From Vulcanimicrobiales bacterium (GTDB lineage Bacteria; Vulcanimicrobiota; Vulcanimicrobiia; Vulcanimicrobiales; Vulcanimicrobiaceae): DNA of 64,000 nt. The position numbers and the translations under genes are program-made. Below the pieces are notes generated by a model. It did not search any database. It saw nothing but the letters and a program-made list of their open reading frames with translations, and was not told the DNA's origin. The stretch is taken from positions 12,148 to 76,147 of the forward strand of contig JBBRLI010000015.1 in assembly GCA_038231455.1 (NCBI GenBank). Direction: 5' to 3'. Below, piece by piece: positions 1 to 9,374 of the stretch; the stretch's first letter is position 1; each line of letters begins with the position of its first letter.

Positions 1-4
1 GATC

Positions 5-310
5 ATGAGCAGCCCAAAAAACGAGGGCATGTTCCGTTTGTTTTTTGAGATATACGGCCTCGCGCTTCAAAACCGTAACCGTTACGCCGACTTTCTCGAA
101 CGTGCCGTTGAAGGCTGGCTCTTGTATCTCGAGCAGCCCGCGTTGCGCGAAGGACACTCGCGTGCTGATGCGCGTGCGATCGCAACGGTGCTGCTGGCCG
201 GTTATCGCGGTTTTTTACTCGATCTTTGCGCCACGCGCGAACGAAAACGATTAGCCCGGGCCGTAGACCTCTGGATAGTAGCGCTCGACGCGATGGCGCC
301 GGGAAAGTGA
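5..310 (+). CDS. TetR/AcrR-family transcriptional regulator, C-terminal part (5' truncated by window edge)
   Basis: Helical C-terminal domain LFFEIYGLAL...ATVLLAGYRGFLLDLCAT typical of TetR ligand-binding domains; frame open to window start. Confidence 0.6.
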   Translation: MSSPKNEGMFRLFFEIYGLALQNRNRYADFLERAVEGWLLYLEQPALREGHSRADARAIATVLLAGYRGFLLDLCATRERKRLARAVDLWIVALDAMAPGK

Positions 311-343
311 ATTTTTCATGCACGTTGGGACGGAGATTCGCTG

Positions 344-733
344 GTGATACGCACGTGGACGATCATTGGCGTAAGTGATGTGCCGGGCAGCTTCGACTGG
401 TACCATTCGTTACTTGGGATGCCCAAGGTAACTCCCGGCCATGACTACTGGGGTCAAATCCTGGACTCGGATGGAACGGTGTTGCTCTGCCTCCACGAGT
501 GGGGTTCGCACGAGCATCCGTCGTTAATGAGCCCAGACCACGCACAACCGGGAAACGGTCTCCTCCTGTTTTTCCGTGTCGACGACTTCGAGTTGGCGCT
601 GGAAAGGGCACACGCTCTTGTGGATCGACTCGAGGAAGAACCGCATGTGAACCCGAGCACGGGAACCGCCGAATTCGCACTCCGCGATCCGGACGGATAC
701 TACGTGATGGTGAGTGCAATCGATGCCGCATAA
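344..733 (+). CDS. VOC/glyoxalase-family protein
   Basis: 129 aa; GVSDV..SFDWY..LLG start, LFFRVDD and EFALRDPDGY motifs; GGAG upstream. Confidence 0.85.
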   Translation: MIRTWTIIGVSDVPGSFDWYHSLLGMPKVTPGHDYWGQILDSDGTVLLCLHEWGSHEHPSLMSPDHAQPGNGLLLFFRVDDFELALERAHALVDRLEEEPHVNPSTGTAEFALRDPDGYYVMVSAIDAA

Positions 734-803
734 TTTCTAGAGCGGCCCATAGGCGAGGTTCCACGGCAGGGAGATTCGTCGTTGCGGGCGTCACTTAGGA
801 GCC

Positions 804-1853
804 GTGAATAAGCTCTTGAACGGCGAACCGGCGGTCGGCGTGACACGCGGCCAACGTCTTGAATCGATCCACAATGTGGCTGCTTGCGCAACGACGGTGA
901 CCGGCGATGTCATCGCCTCGGTTGGGGACATCACGACGCCCGTTTTCTTGCGCTCGTCAGCGAAGCCGTTCATCGCGGCTGCCGTGCTACGCGAAGGTGC
1001 CGTCGCGCGTTTCGGGTTTAGCCCACAAGAGATCGCGGTGATGGCGGCATCGCACAACGGTGAACCCATTCACACCGCCGCCGTGCGCAGCATTTTAGAG
1101 AAGATCGGCGCGAGCGAATCGGACCTTGCTTGCGGCGCCCACGCGCCCTCATACGAGCCCGCGGCTCGCGCACTGGCGGCGACGGGCGTCGCCTACAGCG
1201 CGGTTCACAACAACTGTAGTGGCAAGCACGCCGGCATTCTCGCGCTCGCGCGTTTGCTCGACGCGCCGTTTGCCGGTTATCTTGGCCGTACGCATCCCGC
1301 GCAAGCCGCGGTCATCGCGCTTTGCGAACGCGCATCGGGCGAACCGTTCGGCGAGGATCGCTTGGGTGTCGATGGCTGCGGGATCCCGGTCTATGCGACC
1401 TCGCTGCGGCGCGCTGCGCGATCGTTCGCGCGCATCGCGACGTTACATGAATTCGATGACAAGGATGCCGCCGCAATCGATGTGGTGCGTAAGGCAATGA
1501 TGGCGCACCCTGAATACGTGGGCGGTTCAGAGCGCTTCGATACCGAGTTGATGCGCGCGACGCACGGCACGATTTGTGCGAAGGCGGGCGCTGAGGGCGT
1601 CCACGCCGACGCAATTTTGCCGCTGGGTGCGGGGCTGGTGCTCAAAGTCGTCGATGGCAACCGCCGCGCGATACCGGCGGCGACGATTGCGCTCCTGCGC
1701 GGCCTGGGCGCGCTCGACGATGCGGCCCTAGCATCGCTCGCGCCGTTTGCGCGCACGTCGGTGCGGAACGTTTCGGGTCTTGAAGTAGGAGAAATCGCGG
1801 CACTTCCGGGCTTCGGTGCGCTCACGCCCGCACACGGGCACGTCGCGCACTAG
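804..1853 (+). CDS. L-asparaginase II (Rhizobium etli-type, class 3)
   Basis: RSSAKPF, ASHNGE, NNCSGKHAG, DGCG and AKAGAEG motifs; AGGAG SD before GTG. Confidence 0.9.
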   Translation: MNKLLNGEPAVGVTRGQRLESIHNVAACATTVTGDVIASVGDITTPVFLRSSAKPFIAAAVLREGAVARFGFSPQEIAVMAASHNGEPIHTAAVRSILEKIGASESDLACGAHAPSYEPAARALAATGVAYSAVHNNCSGKHAGILALARLLDAPFAGYLGRTHPAQAAVIALCERASGEPFGEDRLGVDGCGIPVYATSLRRAARSFARIATLHEFDDKDAAAIDVVRKAMMAHPEYVGGSERFDTELMRATHGTICAKAGAEGVHADAILPLGAGLVLKVVDGNRRAIPAATIALLRGLGALDDAALASLAPFARTSVRNVSGLEVGEIAALPGFGALTPAHGHVAH

Positions 1854-1933
1854 CGCTTTTTTCTCCAGCCGAAACCAGGCCTTGGGTCGGTGGGTTGAAA
1901 CCGCACGTCAGCCCATCCGGGAGAGGCCCAAAC

Positions 1934-4900
1934 GTGATCGAATTTTTCCTCAAGCGTCCGATCTTTGCAGCGGTCTGCTCGCTCGTTATTCTGCTCGTGG
2001 GACTCATCTCGATTCCCACCTTGCCGATCGCGCAGTTCCCGGAGATCGCTCCGCCGACTATCACCGTCACCGCCTTCTACACGGGCGCGAGCGCCGAGGC
2101 GGTCGAGGCATCGGTCACGACGCCGCTGGAACAGGCGATCAACGGCGTTCAGGGTCTGCGCTACATGAGTTCGAACTCCGGCAACGACGGCACCTCGACG
2201 ATCACCGTGGTGTTCAACCTCGGCCGCGACCTGGATCAAGCCGCAAACGACGTGCAGAACGCCGTTAACCTCGCAACGGGCCGCCTCCCGAACGAAGTCA
2301 AGCTGACCGGCATCACGGTCAACAAGAATTCCGGCTCATTCATCATGGCACTCGGCATGGTGACCGACGGCCGCATCAGCGACATCGCGCTCTCGAACTA
2401 CGTCGACCTCAATGTCAAAGACGAACTCAAACGCATCTCGGGCGTCGGCAACGTCATCATCTTTGGCGAGCGCAAATACGCGATGCGCCTGTGGGTCGAT
2501 CCCAAGCGTCTTGCCGACAACGGTCTGACGGCGGGCGACGTCGTTACCTCGCTGCAAGATCAAAACGTCCAGGTCGCTGCGGGCTCGATCGGCGCTCCGC
2601 CGACGAACGGTCATCAACCGTATCAATATTCCGTGCACGCGACCGGTCGTCTGAGCACGCCCCAAGACTTCCAAAACATCATCCTCAAAACGACGCCCGA
2701 CGGCGGTGTGGTGCGATTCTCAAGCATCGGCCGGGTTGAAATCGGCGCGGAAAACTACGCGACGCAGTTGCGCTTCGACCAGCATCCTTCGGTCGGCGTC
2801 GGCGTTCAGCAGTTGCCGGGCGGAAACGCGCTGGACATCAGCGCAAAAGTGCGCGCGACGATGGACCGACTGCAACAAAAATTCCCGGCCGGCGTCCACT
2901 ATAAGATCGCCTTCGATGCGACCGAGTTCGTGCGTGAATCGATCCGCGAAGTCATCATTACGCTCGGCATCGCGATTCTGCTCGTCATCGCGGTCATCTA
3001 TCTCTTCTTGCAAGACTGGCGCACGACGCTCATCCCCGCGATTACGATTCCGATCTCGCTGATCGGCACGTTCGGGTTGATGAAGGTGCTCGGCTTCTCG
3101 ATCAACACACTTACGCTCTTCGGCTTGACGCTTGCGACGGGGCTCGTGGTCGACGATGCAATCGTTGTCATCGAGAATATCGCAAGGTTCATTCAAGATA
3201 AAAAGATGCCGCCGATGAAAGCGGCAAGCGAAGCCATGCGCGAAATCACCGGCGCCGTTGTCGCGACCTCGCTCGTGCTGCTAGCGGTGTTTATCCCGGT
3301 CGCGTTTTTCCCGGGCACGACGGGCCTACTCTACAAGCAGTTCGCGCTGACGATTGCCTGCTCGATCGCAATCTCGCTTTTCAACGCGCTCACGCTCACG
3401 CCGGTGCTCTCAGCGCTCTTACTCGGCCGTGTTGAAAAGCCGCGCAATGGTTTCTTCCGTGCGGTCAATCGCGGAATCGACGGCCTGCGCTATCGCTATG
3501 ATAAAGTCTTGCCCGGCACCATCAAACGTTGGCCGATCATTGTCGTATTCTTCGGTCTTGCGCTCTTTGCAACCGCGTTTCTGTTCGTCTCGACCCCGAC
3601 GGGCTTCGTGCCCGACGAGGACCAAGGCTTCTTGATCGTCGCCTCGCAGTCGCCCGAAGGCACCTCGGCCGATACGATGCTCGAAGCGCGGAAGAAAGTC
3701 GAACAAGTGCTCTTCGATCAAAAAGAAGTGCAGGATGTCTTCGACGTCGGCGGCTTCGGTTTCACGGGCAACGGCGTCAATCACGCAACGATGTTCGTTC
3801 GTTTGCACGACCTCGCCGAGCGTGGTGGCGGACCTCACAGCGCTGGCGCTGTCGTCGGCCGACTCTTCGGCTTACTCGGGCGAATCCCCGAAACATCATC
3901 GTTTCCGCTTGTCCCGCCAGCAATTCAGGGGCTCGGATTCCAAGGCGGCTTTTTCTTCGAACTCCAAGATCGCGCGAATAATGGTCTCTTGCCGCTCGCC
4001 TTCTCTGCGTATCGTCTCATGGGTATGGCGGCGCAAGATCCGGTGCTTAGCCAGGTTTACACGACGTTCTCCATTTCCAATCCGCAACTCAACGCCGTCA
4101 TTGACCGCGAAAAAGCAAAGAATCTTGGCATCCCGCTCTCCAACATTTTCGCTTCGCTGCAAGTGTATCTGGGTTCGGTTTACGTCAACGATTTTGACTT
4201 CCTTAATCGCTCGTACCGCGTGTACGTGCAAGCAGATGCGCCCTATCGCTCGAGCGTGAACGATCTCGACAAGATTTACGTGCGTAGCCTTAGCGGCGGT
4301 ACGGTGCCGCTCTCGTCGTTGATGACGACGACGCTCACCAAGACGGCGCCGGTTATCTCGCACTTCAATCTGTTCCGCTCGGTCACACTCAACGGCAGTC
4401 CGGGACTCGGTCACGGTTCGGGCGAGGCGATTGCGGAAATGCAAAAGCTAGCGGGTCAACTCGGACCCGGCGTGAGCTACGAGTGGAGCGGCGTGACGCG
4501 CGAGCAGATCGAGGGCGGATCGCAAGCGGCGTTCATCTTTATCCTCGGCATCGTGTTCACGTTCTTGGTGCTCTCGGCACAATACGAGAGCTTCATCGAT
4601 CCGCTGATCATCCTGCTCGCTGTGCCGCTCGCGCTACTCGGCGCGCTCTCGGCGATCTTCATCCGCAACTTCTTACTCGCCGGCCTCACGCACACGTATG
4701 AGGTATCTGACGTCTTCGCACAGGTCGGGTACGTTATGTTGATCGGGCTTGCATCGAAGAACGCGATTTTGATCGTCGAGTTTGCCAATCAACTGCGTGC
4801 CGAGGGCATGTCGATTACCGATGCGGTCGTCCGCGCAGCTGAGACGCGACTCCGTCCGATCCTCATGACCTCAATCGCCTTCATCCTGGGAATCTTCCCA

Positions 4901-5131
4901 CTGGTGATTGCAACGGGCAACGGCGCGGCTTCACGTAACTCCCTCGGTAACGTGGTCTTCGGGGGCATGATCGTCTCGACGTTCCTGAACCTGTTCCTCG
5001 TGCCGGTGCTCTACGTGCTCATCGTCAACATCGAAGCGCGTTTGAGCGGGCGCGGCCATGACAATGGCGGCAACGGCCATGGGGCGCGGGGCGTGGTTGG
5101 CTCGTCCGAAGGCGTGACCGCTCCGGTCTAA
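1934..5131 (+). CDS. RND efflux transporter permease subunit (HAE1/AcrB family)
   Basis: FF.KRPIFA start, GLVVDDAIVVIEN, GLASKNAILIVEFA and RLRPILMTS motifs; GTG at 1934 preceded by GGGAGAGG. Confidence 0.95.
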   Translation: MIEFFLKRPIFAAVCSLVILLVGLISIPTLPIAQFPEIAPPTITVTAFYTGASAEAVEASVTTPLEQAINGVQGLRYMSSNSGNDGTSTITVVFNLGRDLDQAANDVQNAVNLATGRLPNEVKLTGITVNKNSGSFIMALGMVTDGRISDIALSNYVDLNVKDELKRISGVGNVIIFGERKYAMRLWVDPKRLADNGLTAGDVVTSLQDQNVQVAAGSIGAPPTNGHQPYQYSVHATGRLSTPQDFQNIILKTTPDGGVVRFSSIGRVEIGAENYATQLRFDQHPSVGVGVQQLPGGNALDISAKVRATMDRLQQKFPAGVHYKIAFDATEFVRESIREVIITLGIAILLVIAVIYLFLQDWRTTLIPAITIPISLIGTFGLMKVLGFSINTLTLFGLTLATGLVVDDAIVVIENIARFIQDKKMPPMKAASEAMREITGAVVATSLVLLAVFIPVAFFPGTTGLLYKQFALTIACSIAISLFNALTLTPVLSALLLGRVEKPRNGFFRAVNRGIDGLRYRYDKVLPGTIKRWPIIVVFFGLALFATAFLFVSTPTGFVPDEDQGFLIVASQSPEGTSADTMLEARKKVEQVLFDQKEVQDVFDVGGFGFTGNGVNHATMFVRLHDLAERGGGPHSAGAVVGRLFGLLGRIPETSSFPLVPPAIQGLGFQGGFFFELQDRANNGLLPLAFSAYRLMGMAAQDPVLSQVYTTFSISNPQLNAVIDREKAKNLGIPLSNIFASLQVYLGSVYVNDFDFLNRSYRVYVQADAPYRSSVNDLDKIYVRSLSGGTVPLSSLMTTTLTKTAPVISHFNLFRSVTLNGSPGLGHGSGEAIAEMQKLAGQLGPGVSYEWSGVTREQIEGGSQAAFIFILGIVFTFLVLSAQYESFIDPLIILLAVPLALLGALSAIFIRNFLLAGLTHTYEVSDVFAQVGYVMLIGLASKNAILIVEFANQLRAEGMSITDAVVRAAETRLRPILMTSIAFILGIFPLVIATGNGAASRNSLGNVVFGGMIVSTFLNLFLVPVLYVLIVNIEARLSGRGHDNGGNGHGARGVVGSSEGVTAPV

Positions 5132-5180
5132 CGCTTTCCGGCGCAACCGATAGGACTTCGCGCTACCTGCGGCAATCTAG

Positions 5181-5201
5181 GGGTGAAATTCAATTTCACC
5201 C
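5181..5201. promoter_or_regulatory. Perfect 10-bp inverted repeat GGGTGAAATT-C-AATTTCACCC, probable operator
   Basis: Palindrome read directly, 13 nt upstream of the ABC substrate-binding protein start. Confidence 0.6.
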
Positions 5202-5214
5202 TTGGAGAGTTCGC

Positions 5215-6438
5215 GTGAAACGATCCTTCGATATTGCGCGTAAAGCGCTCGCCTCGGTCTGCGCCGTAGCCTGCCTTGCGGCGTCTGCCGTCCCCTCGCG
5301 GGCGGCCGACCCAATTAAAATTTCCGTCATCACCGACATGAGTGGTCTCTATGCGTCGCTTGCGGGTGCTGGTGCTGTCATGGCGACCAAGATGGCCGTC
5401 GAAGATTTCGGCGGTTCGGTTCTCGGACGTAAAATCGAAGTCGACGCTGTCGACCACCGCAATAACGCGACCGAAGCGGCTGCCAAAGCGCGCGAAGCGT
5501 TCGATGGCGGGTCGGATCTAGCGCTCGACATGACGAACTCCGCGGTGGCCCTTGCTGTGGCCGCTGTCGCCAAAGAGAAAAAGCGTCTTGCGATCGTCAC
5601 TGGCGGCGCGACGTCGGCTGTTACCGGTGCGAACTGCAACAAATACACGTACCACTACGCGTACGACACGTATGCGCTGGCTAACTCGACCGGCACAAAC
5701 ATCACGCGCCAGGCGAATGCCAAGACGTGGTACGCGGTTGTTCCGAATTACGCGTTCGGCCAGCAAATGATCGCCGACTTCACGGCGGCTGTTAGCAAAA
5801 ACGGCGGCAAGATTACGAAGTCCGACCTCTATCCGTTCCCTGGGACGAGTGACTTCTCGTCGTATCTGCTCGCGGCAAAGAATTCTGGCGATCAGGTGCT
5901 TGGCATTTTCAATGCCGGTGGCGATACCGTCAATACGATGAAACAAGTCAAGCAATTCGGCATCGACAAGACGATGAAGATCGCTCTTGGGCTCGTGTTC
6001 CTCTCCGATGTTGATGCACTCCCCGACGTTTTCGCCGGAAACCGTATCACGACGTCGTGGTACTGGAATCAGGACAAACAAGCACGCGCCTGGGCCGACA
6101 AATACGCCAAGCGCATGAACGGCCTGCGTCCGACTGATATTCAAGCCTCAGACTATTCGGCGACGATGCAGTGGCTGGAAGCGGTTAAGGCGACGGGTAC
6201 GACGGATTCTGATAAGATCGTTGCATATCTTGACGGCCGCGAGTTCAACGACTTCTACGCTCGCGGCGGCCAGTGGCGTGCGCGCGACCACCGCGTGATC
6301 CATCAAATGTACGTGGTAGACATTCTGCCGAAAGAAAAGATCAAAGAGCCGCACGCGTGGTTCAAAGTCGTTCAGGTAATCCCGCCGGGCATCGCGTTCC
6401 GTCCCGAAAAAGATTCAACTTGTAAGAAGGACTGGTAG
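5215..6438 (+). CDS. ABC transporter substrate-binding protein (branched-chain amino acid / Peripla_BP_6 type)
   Basis: Signal peptide; TDMSGLYA, MAVEDFGG, DFSSYLL and RARDHRVIH motifs. Confidence 0.9.
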   Translation: MKRSFDIARKALASVCAVACLAASAVPSRAADPIKISVITDMSGLYASLAGAGAVMATKMAVEDFGGSVLGRKIEVDAVDHRNNATEAAAKAREAFDGGSDLALDMTNSAVALAVAAVAKEKKRLAIVTGGATSAVTGANCNKYTYHYAYDTYALANSTGTNITRQANAKTWYAVVPNYAFGQQMIADFTAAVSKNGGKITKSDLYPFPGTSDFSSYLLAAKNSGDQVLGIFNAGGDTVNTMKQVKQFGIDKTMKIALGLVFLSDVDALPDVFAGNRITTSWYWNQDKQARAWADKYAKRMNGLRPTDIQASDYSATMQWLEAVKATGTTDSDKIVAYLDGREFNDFYARGGQWRARDHRVIHQMYVVDILPKEKIKEPHAWFKVVQVIPPGIAFRPEKDSTCKKDW

Positions 6439-6441
6439 GCT

Positions 6442-7314
6442 CTGGAGTACTTCCTCACTCAGACTTTCAACGGGCTCGTCAACGGGGCGTTCTACGCCCT
6501 GTTGGCGCTCGGTCTGAGCATCATCTTCGGGATGCTGCGCGTGGTCAATTTCGCACACGGCGCCATGTATATGCTTGGCGCCTTTGTCGCGTATTACGGG
6601 GCGCAGTTCTTCCACTTGCCGTTCTTTGCCGCGCTGATCGTCGCACCGATTTTGGTCGGTGGCTTCGGCATGTTCTTAGAAGTCTTTTTTTTGCGGCGGC
6701 TTTATAAGCTCGATCCGCTCTACAATTTGCTGTTTACCTTTGCGCTGGTGCTGATCATCGAAGACGCGCTGCGCCTAACTGCAGGAGCGCTCGGGTCGCC
6801 TTATCCGGCGCCCGATATTCTCTCCGGCGCGACGAACCTTGGCTTCACGCTCTACCCGACGTATCGACTCTTCATCGTGATCGTCGCGAGTGTCGTTTGC
6901 GCCGTTACCTGGTTTCTAATCGAGCGGACGACGCTCGGTGCGCGTATTCGCGCGGCAACGGAAAATCCGATGATCGTGCGCGCCCTGGGTATCGATACCC
7001 AGCGTCTCGTGACCGTCGTGTTCGCGTGCGGCGTCGGCCTCGCGGCGGTTGCCGGTGTGCTAAACGCGCCAAATACGAACGTGCAACCCTCGATGGGCGA
7101 TGCGATCATTATCAATACGTTTGCGATCGTTGTCATCGGCGGGATGGGTTCGATCTTGGGCTCGGTCATTACGGGCTTTGCGCTCGGCGTGCTAGCGACG
7201 ATCGGCGCCGTCTACTATCCGCCGATCGCGAACACGCTGATCTTCATCGTGATGGTCGTCGTGCTACTCTTCAAGCCAAGCGGCCTCTTCGGCAATCCGG
7301 CGGAGGCGCGATGA
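6442..7314 (+). CDS. livH: Branched-chain amino acid ABC permease (LivH-like), probable CTG start
   Basis: Typical N-terminus EYFLTQTFNGLVNGAFYALLALGL lies upstream of the ORF-track start (6502); VNFAHG and GGMGS motifs. Confidence 0.85.
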   Translation: MEYFLTQTFNGLVNGAFYALLALGLSIIFGMLRVVNFAHGAMYMLGAFVAYYGAQFFHLPFFAALIVAPILVGGFGMFLEVFFLRRLYKLDPLYNLLFTFALVLIIEDALRLTAGALGSPYPAPDILSGATNLGFTLYPTYRLFIVIVASVVCAVTWFLIERTTLGARIRAATENPMIVRALGIDTQRLVTVVFACGVGLAAVAGVLNAPNTNVQPSMGDAIIINTFAIVVIGGMGSILGSVITGFALGVLATIGAVYYPPIANTLIFIVMVVVLLFKPSGLFGNPAEAR

Positions 7315-8267
7315 CCGCTAGTCTGATTGGAACCCGGCGCGGCGCGATCGTGGCGGCGGTGCTTGCGCTTGTGGGCTTTGCGCTGCCGTTCGTGATCTAT
7401 CCGATCGAAGCAATCGATATTATCTGTTTTGCGCTTTTCGCCGTCGCGTTTGACTTGCTGCTCGGGTTTACCGGACTGCTCTCGTTCGGGCACGCACTTT
7501 TTTGGGGCGGCTCTGCGTACATTGTGTCGCTGCTAATGGTCAAGCTTGGCGCGCCGTTCCCGCTTGCCGTGCTGCTCGCCGTCGTCTACTCGCTCGTGCT
7601 TGCGCTCGTCGTCGGGCTTATCGCGATCAAACGCACCGGGATTTATTTTGCGATGATCACCCTTGCCATCGCGCAGATCCAGTTTTTCTTCGCGTTTCAG
7701 CTCGGCGAATGGACGGGCGGCGAGAACGGATTACAGCTCGGCGCACGCGGGTCGTTCTTTGGGCTCTCGCTCGACAATGACCGCGTGTACTACTATCTGG
7801 CGCTTGCGTTCGTGATGGCGGCGGTATTTTTCGTCGTGCGCGTGGTGCGCTCGCCATTCGGTGCGGTGCTTGCGGCGACGCGCGAAAACGAACAGCGCGC
7901 GATCGGCCTTGGCTACCGTGTTGACCGCTACAAACTCGCGACGTTCGTCCTTTCCGGCTCGATTGCGGGTCTTGCGGGCGCACTGTACGCGGTTGGCAAC
8001 CACCTCGCGGGCCTAGACGGCGTCGACTGGCACACCTCGGGCAAAGTCGTCATGATGTCGATTCTCGGCGGGATCGGGACGGTCTTCGGGCCGATCGTCG
8101 GAGCGGGTATCTTCGAGACGCTCGAATATTACGTTAGCAAGACGCCGATCGGCGACAAGACCAATATCGTGCTCGGCACGATCTTCGCGATCGTTATCCT
8201 CATCGCGCGCCGGGGCATCGTCGGCGAGATTCTTGCACGGCGACGTGCCCGAACCGAAGAAGCGTAG
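7311..8267 (+). CDS. livM: Branched-chain amino acid ABC permease (LivM-like)
   Basis: GLLSFGHA, YFAMITLA, TGGENG and RENEQRA motifs; ATGA overlap and GGAGG SD. Confidence 0.9.
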   Translation: MTASLIGTRRGAIVAAVLALVGFALPFVIYPIEAIDIICFALFAVAFDLLLGFTGLLSFGHALFWGGSAYIVSLLMVKLGAPFPLAVLLAVVYSLVLALVVGLIAIKRTGIYFAMITLAIAQIQFFFAFQLGEWTGGENGLQLGARGSFFGLSLDNDRVYYYLALAFVMAAVFFVVRVVRSPFGAVLAATRENEQRAIGLGYRVDRYKLATFVLSGSIAGLAGALYAVGNHLAGLDGVDWHTSGKVVMMSILGGIGTVFGPIVGAGIFETLEYYVSKTPIGDKTNIVLGTIFAIVILIARRGIVGEILARRRARTEEA

Positions 8268-8273
8268 GCCTGC

Positions 8274-8675
8274 GTGTGGAATCCTCATAGCATGCATGAC
8301 GACGAGAACACGCAACCGCCGCTAATCCCGTATATCCCGATGGACGAGCCGTCGTTTCGCGCCAGCCGCGCGGATATCGTCAACGACGGCGGATCGTTCC
8401 TGTTATTCCTGATTGAACGCCGCGCCATGGCCGGACGCGACGACGGCCTCTTCGTTGAAGCGGACTACGAGACGGGCCGCTTCTCGATCACGCCGATCGC
8501 GCTTGCCAATCTGCGCGATCAAATCGATCAGGCACTCGGCGCGTACAAAGCGATTTACAAACAGGACGCGCCGAATCCCAAGAACGTCCCCGTCGACCGG
8601 ATGGATATCGCAAAGCGCATCTTCGTCGACGGCATTACAACCGCGCCCGACGAGACCGAAGAGCCCCAGCGCTAG
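8274..8675 (+). CDS. Hypothetical soluble acidic protein (weak resemblance to DUF3467-type proteins)
   Basis: Host-like codon usage, fills the gap; RFSITPIALANLRDQIDQALGAY segment; start could be ATG 8292. Confidence 0.55.
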   Translation: MWNPHSMHDDENTQPPLIPYIPMDEPSFRASRADIVNDGGSFLLFLIERRAMAGRDDGLFVEADYETGRFSITPIALANLRDQIDQALGAYKAIYKQDAPNPKNVPVDRMDIAKRIFVDGITTAPDETEEPQR

Positions 8676-8681
8676 AGCGTT

Positions 8682-9374
8682 CTAAACGCCGAGTAGCTCG
8701 AGGAGTTCGTTCTCGCGCGCGATCACTTCACTATTGTCGAGGACTTGCGCGACGTGGCCGTGGTCGATCACGTAGTGGCGATCGGTCACACGCGTCGCGA
8801 ACCGCAAGTTTTGCTCTACCATCAACACCGTGATGCCGGCGCGTTTGATCTCGAGGATGAGTTCGCCGATCGCATCCACGATAACCGGGGCTAACCCTTC
8901 GGTGGGCTCGTCGAGTAAAATCAGGCGCGCGCCGCTGCGGAGCACGCGCGCAATCGCGAGCATCTGCTGCTCCCCGCCCGAGAGCGTGGTGCCGCCAGCT
9001 TTACCGCGTTCTTTGAGGATTGGGAAGAGGCCATAAATGCGTTCGAGCGGCCATGCGTCATTGCTCACGACCGGCGGCAAGGTAAGATTCTCGGTGACGC
9101 TGAGCGTCGAGAGAATGCCGCGCTCTTCGGGGACGAAGCCGATTCCCGCGCGCGCGATGCGGTCCGAGGACAGCGTTTGGATATCGTGGCCTTCAAATGT
9201 GATCGTGCCTCGACGCGCGCGCACGATACCCATGATTGTTTTGAGCGTCGTTGTTTTGCCGACACCGTTGCGACCGACGAGCGTCACGACCTCGCCTTTG
9301 CTCACATCGAGATTCATGCCGTGGAGAATGTGGCTCTCGTCGTAGTAGGCGTGCACGTCACGTAAGCTGAGCAT
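8682..9374 (-). CDS. livF: Branched-chain amino acid ABC ATP-binding protein (LivF-like)
   Basis: Walker A GRNGVGKT, LSGGEQQ, LLDEPTEGLAP, VEQN. Confidence 0.95.
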   Translation of the reverse strand: MLSLRDVHAYYDESHILHGMNLDVSKGEVVTLVGRNGVGKTTTLKTIMGIVRARRGTITFEGHDIQTLSSDRIARAGIGFVPEERGILSTLSVTENLTLPPVVSNDAWPLERIYGLFPILKERGKAGGTTLSGGEQQMLAIARVLRSGARLILLDEPTEGLAPVIVDAIGELILEIKRAGITVLMVEQNLRFATRVTDRHYVIDHGHVAQVLDNSEVIARENELLELLGV

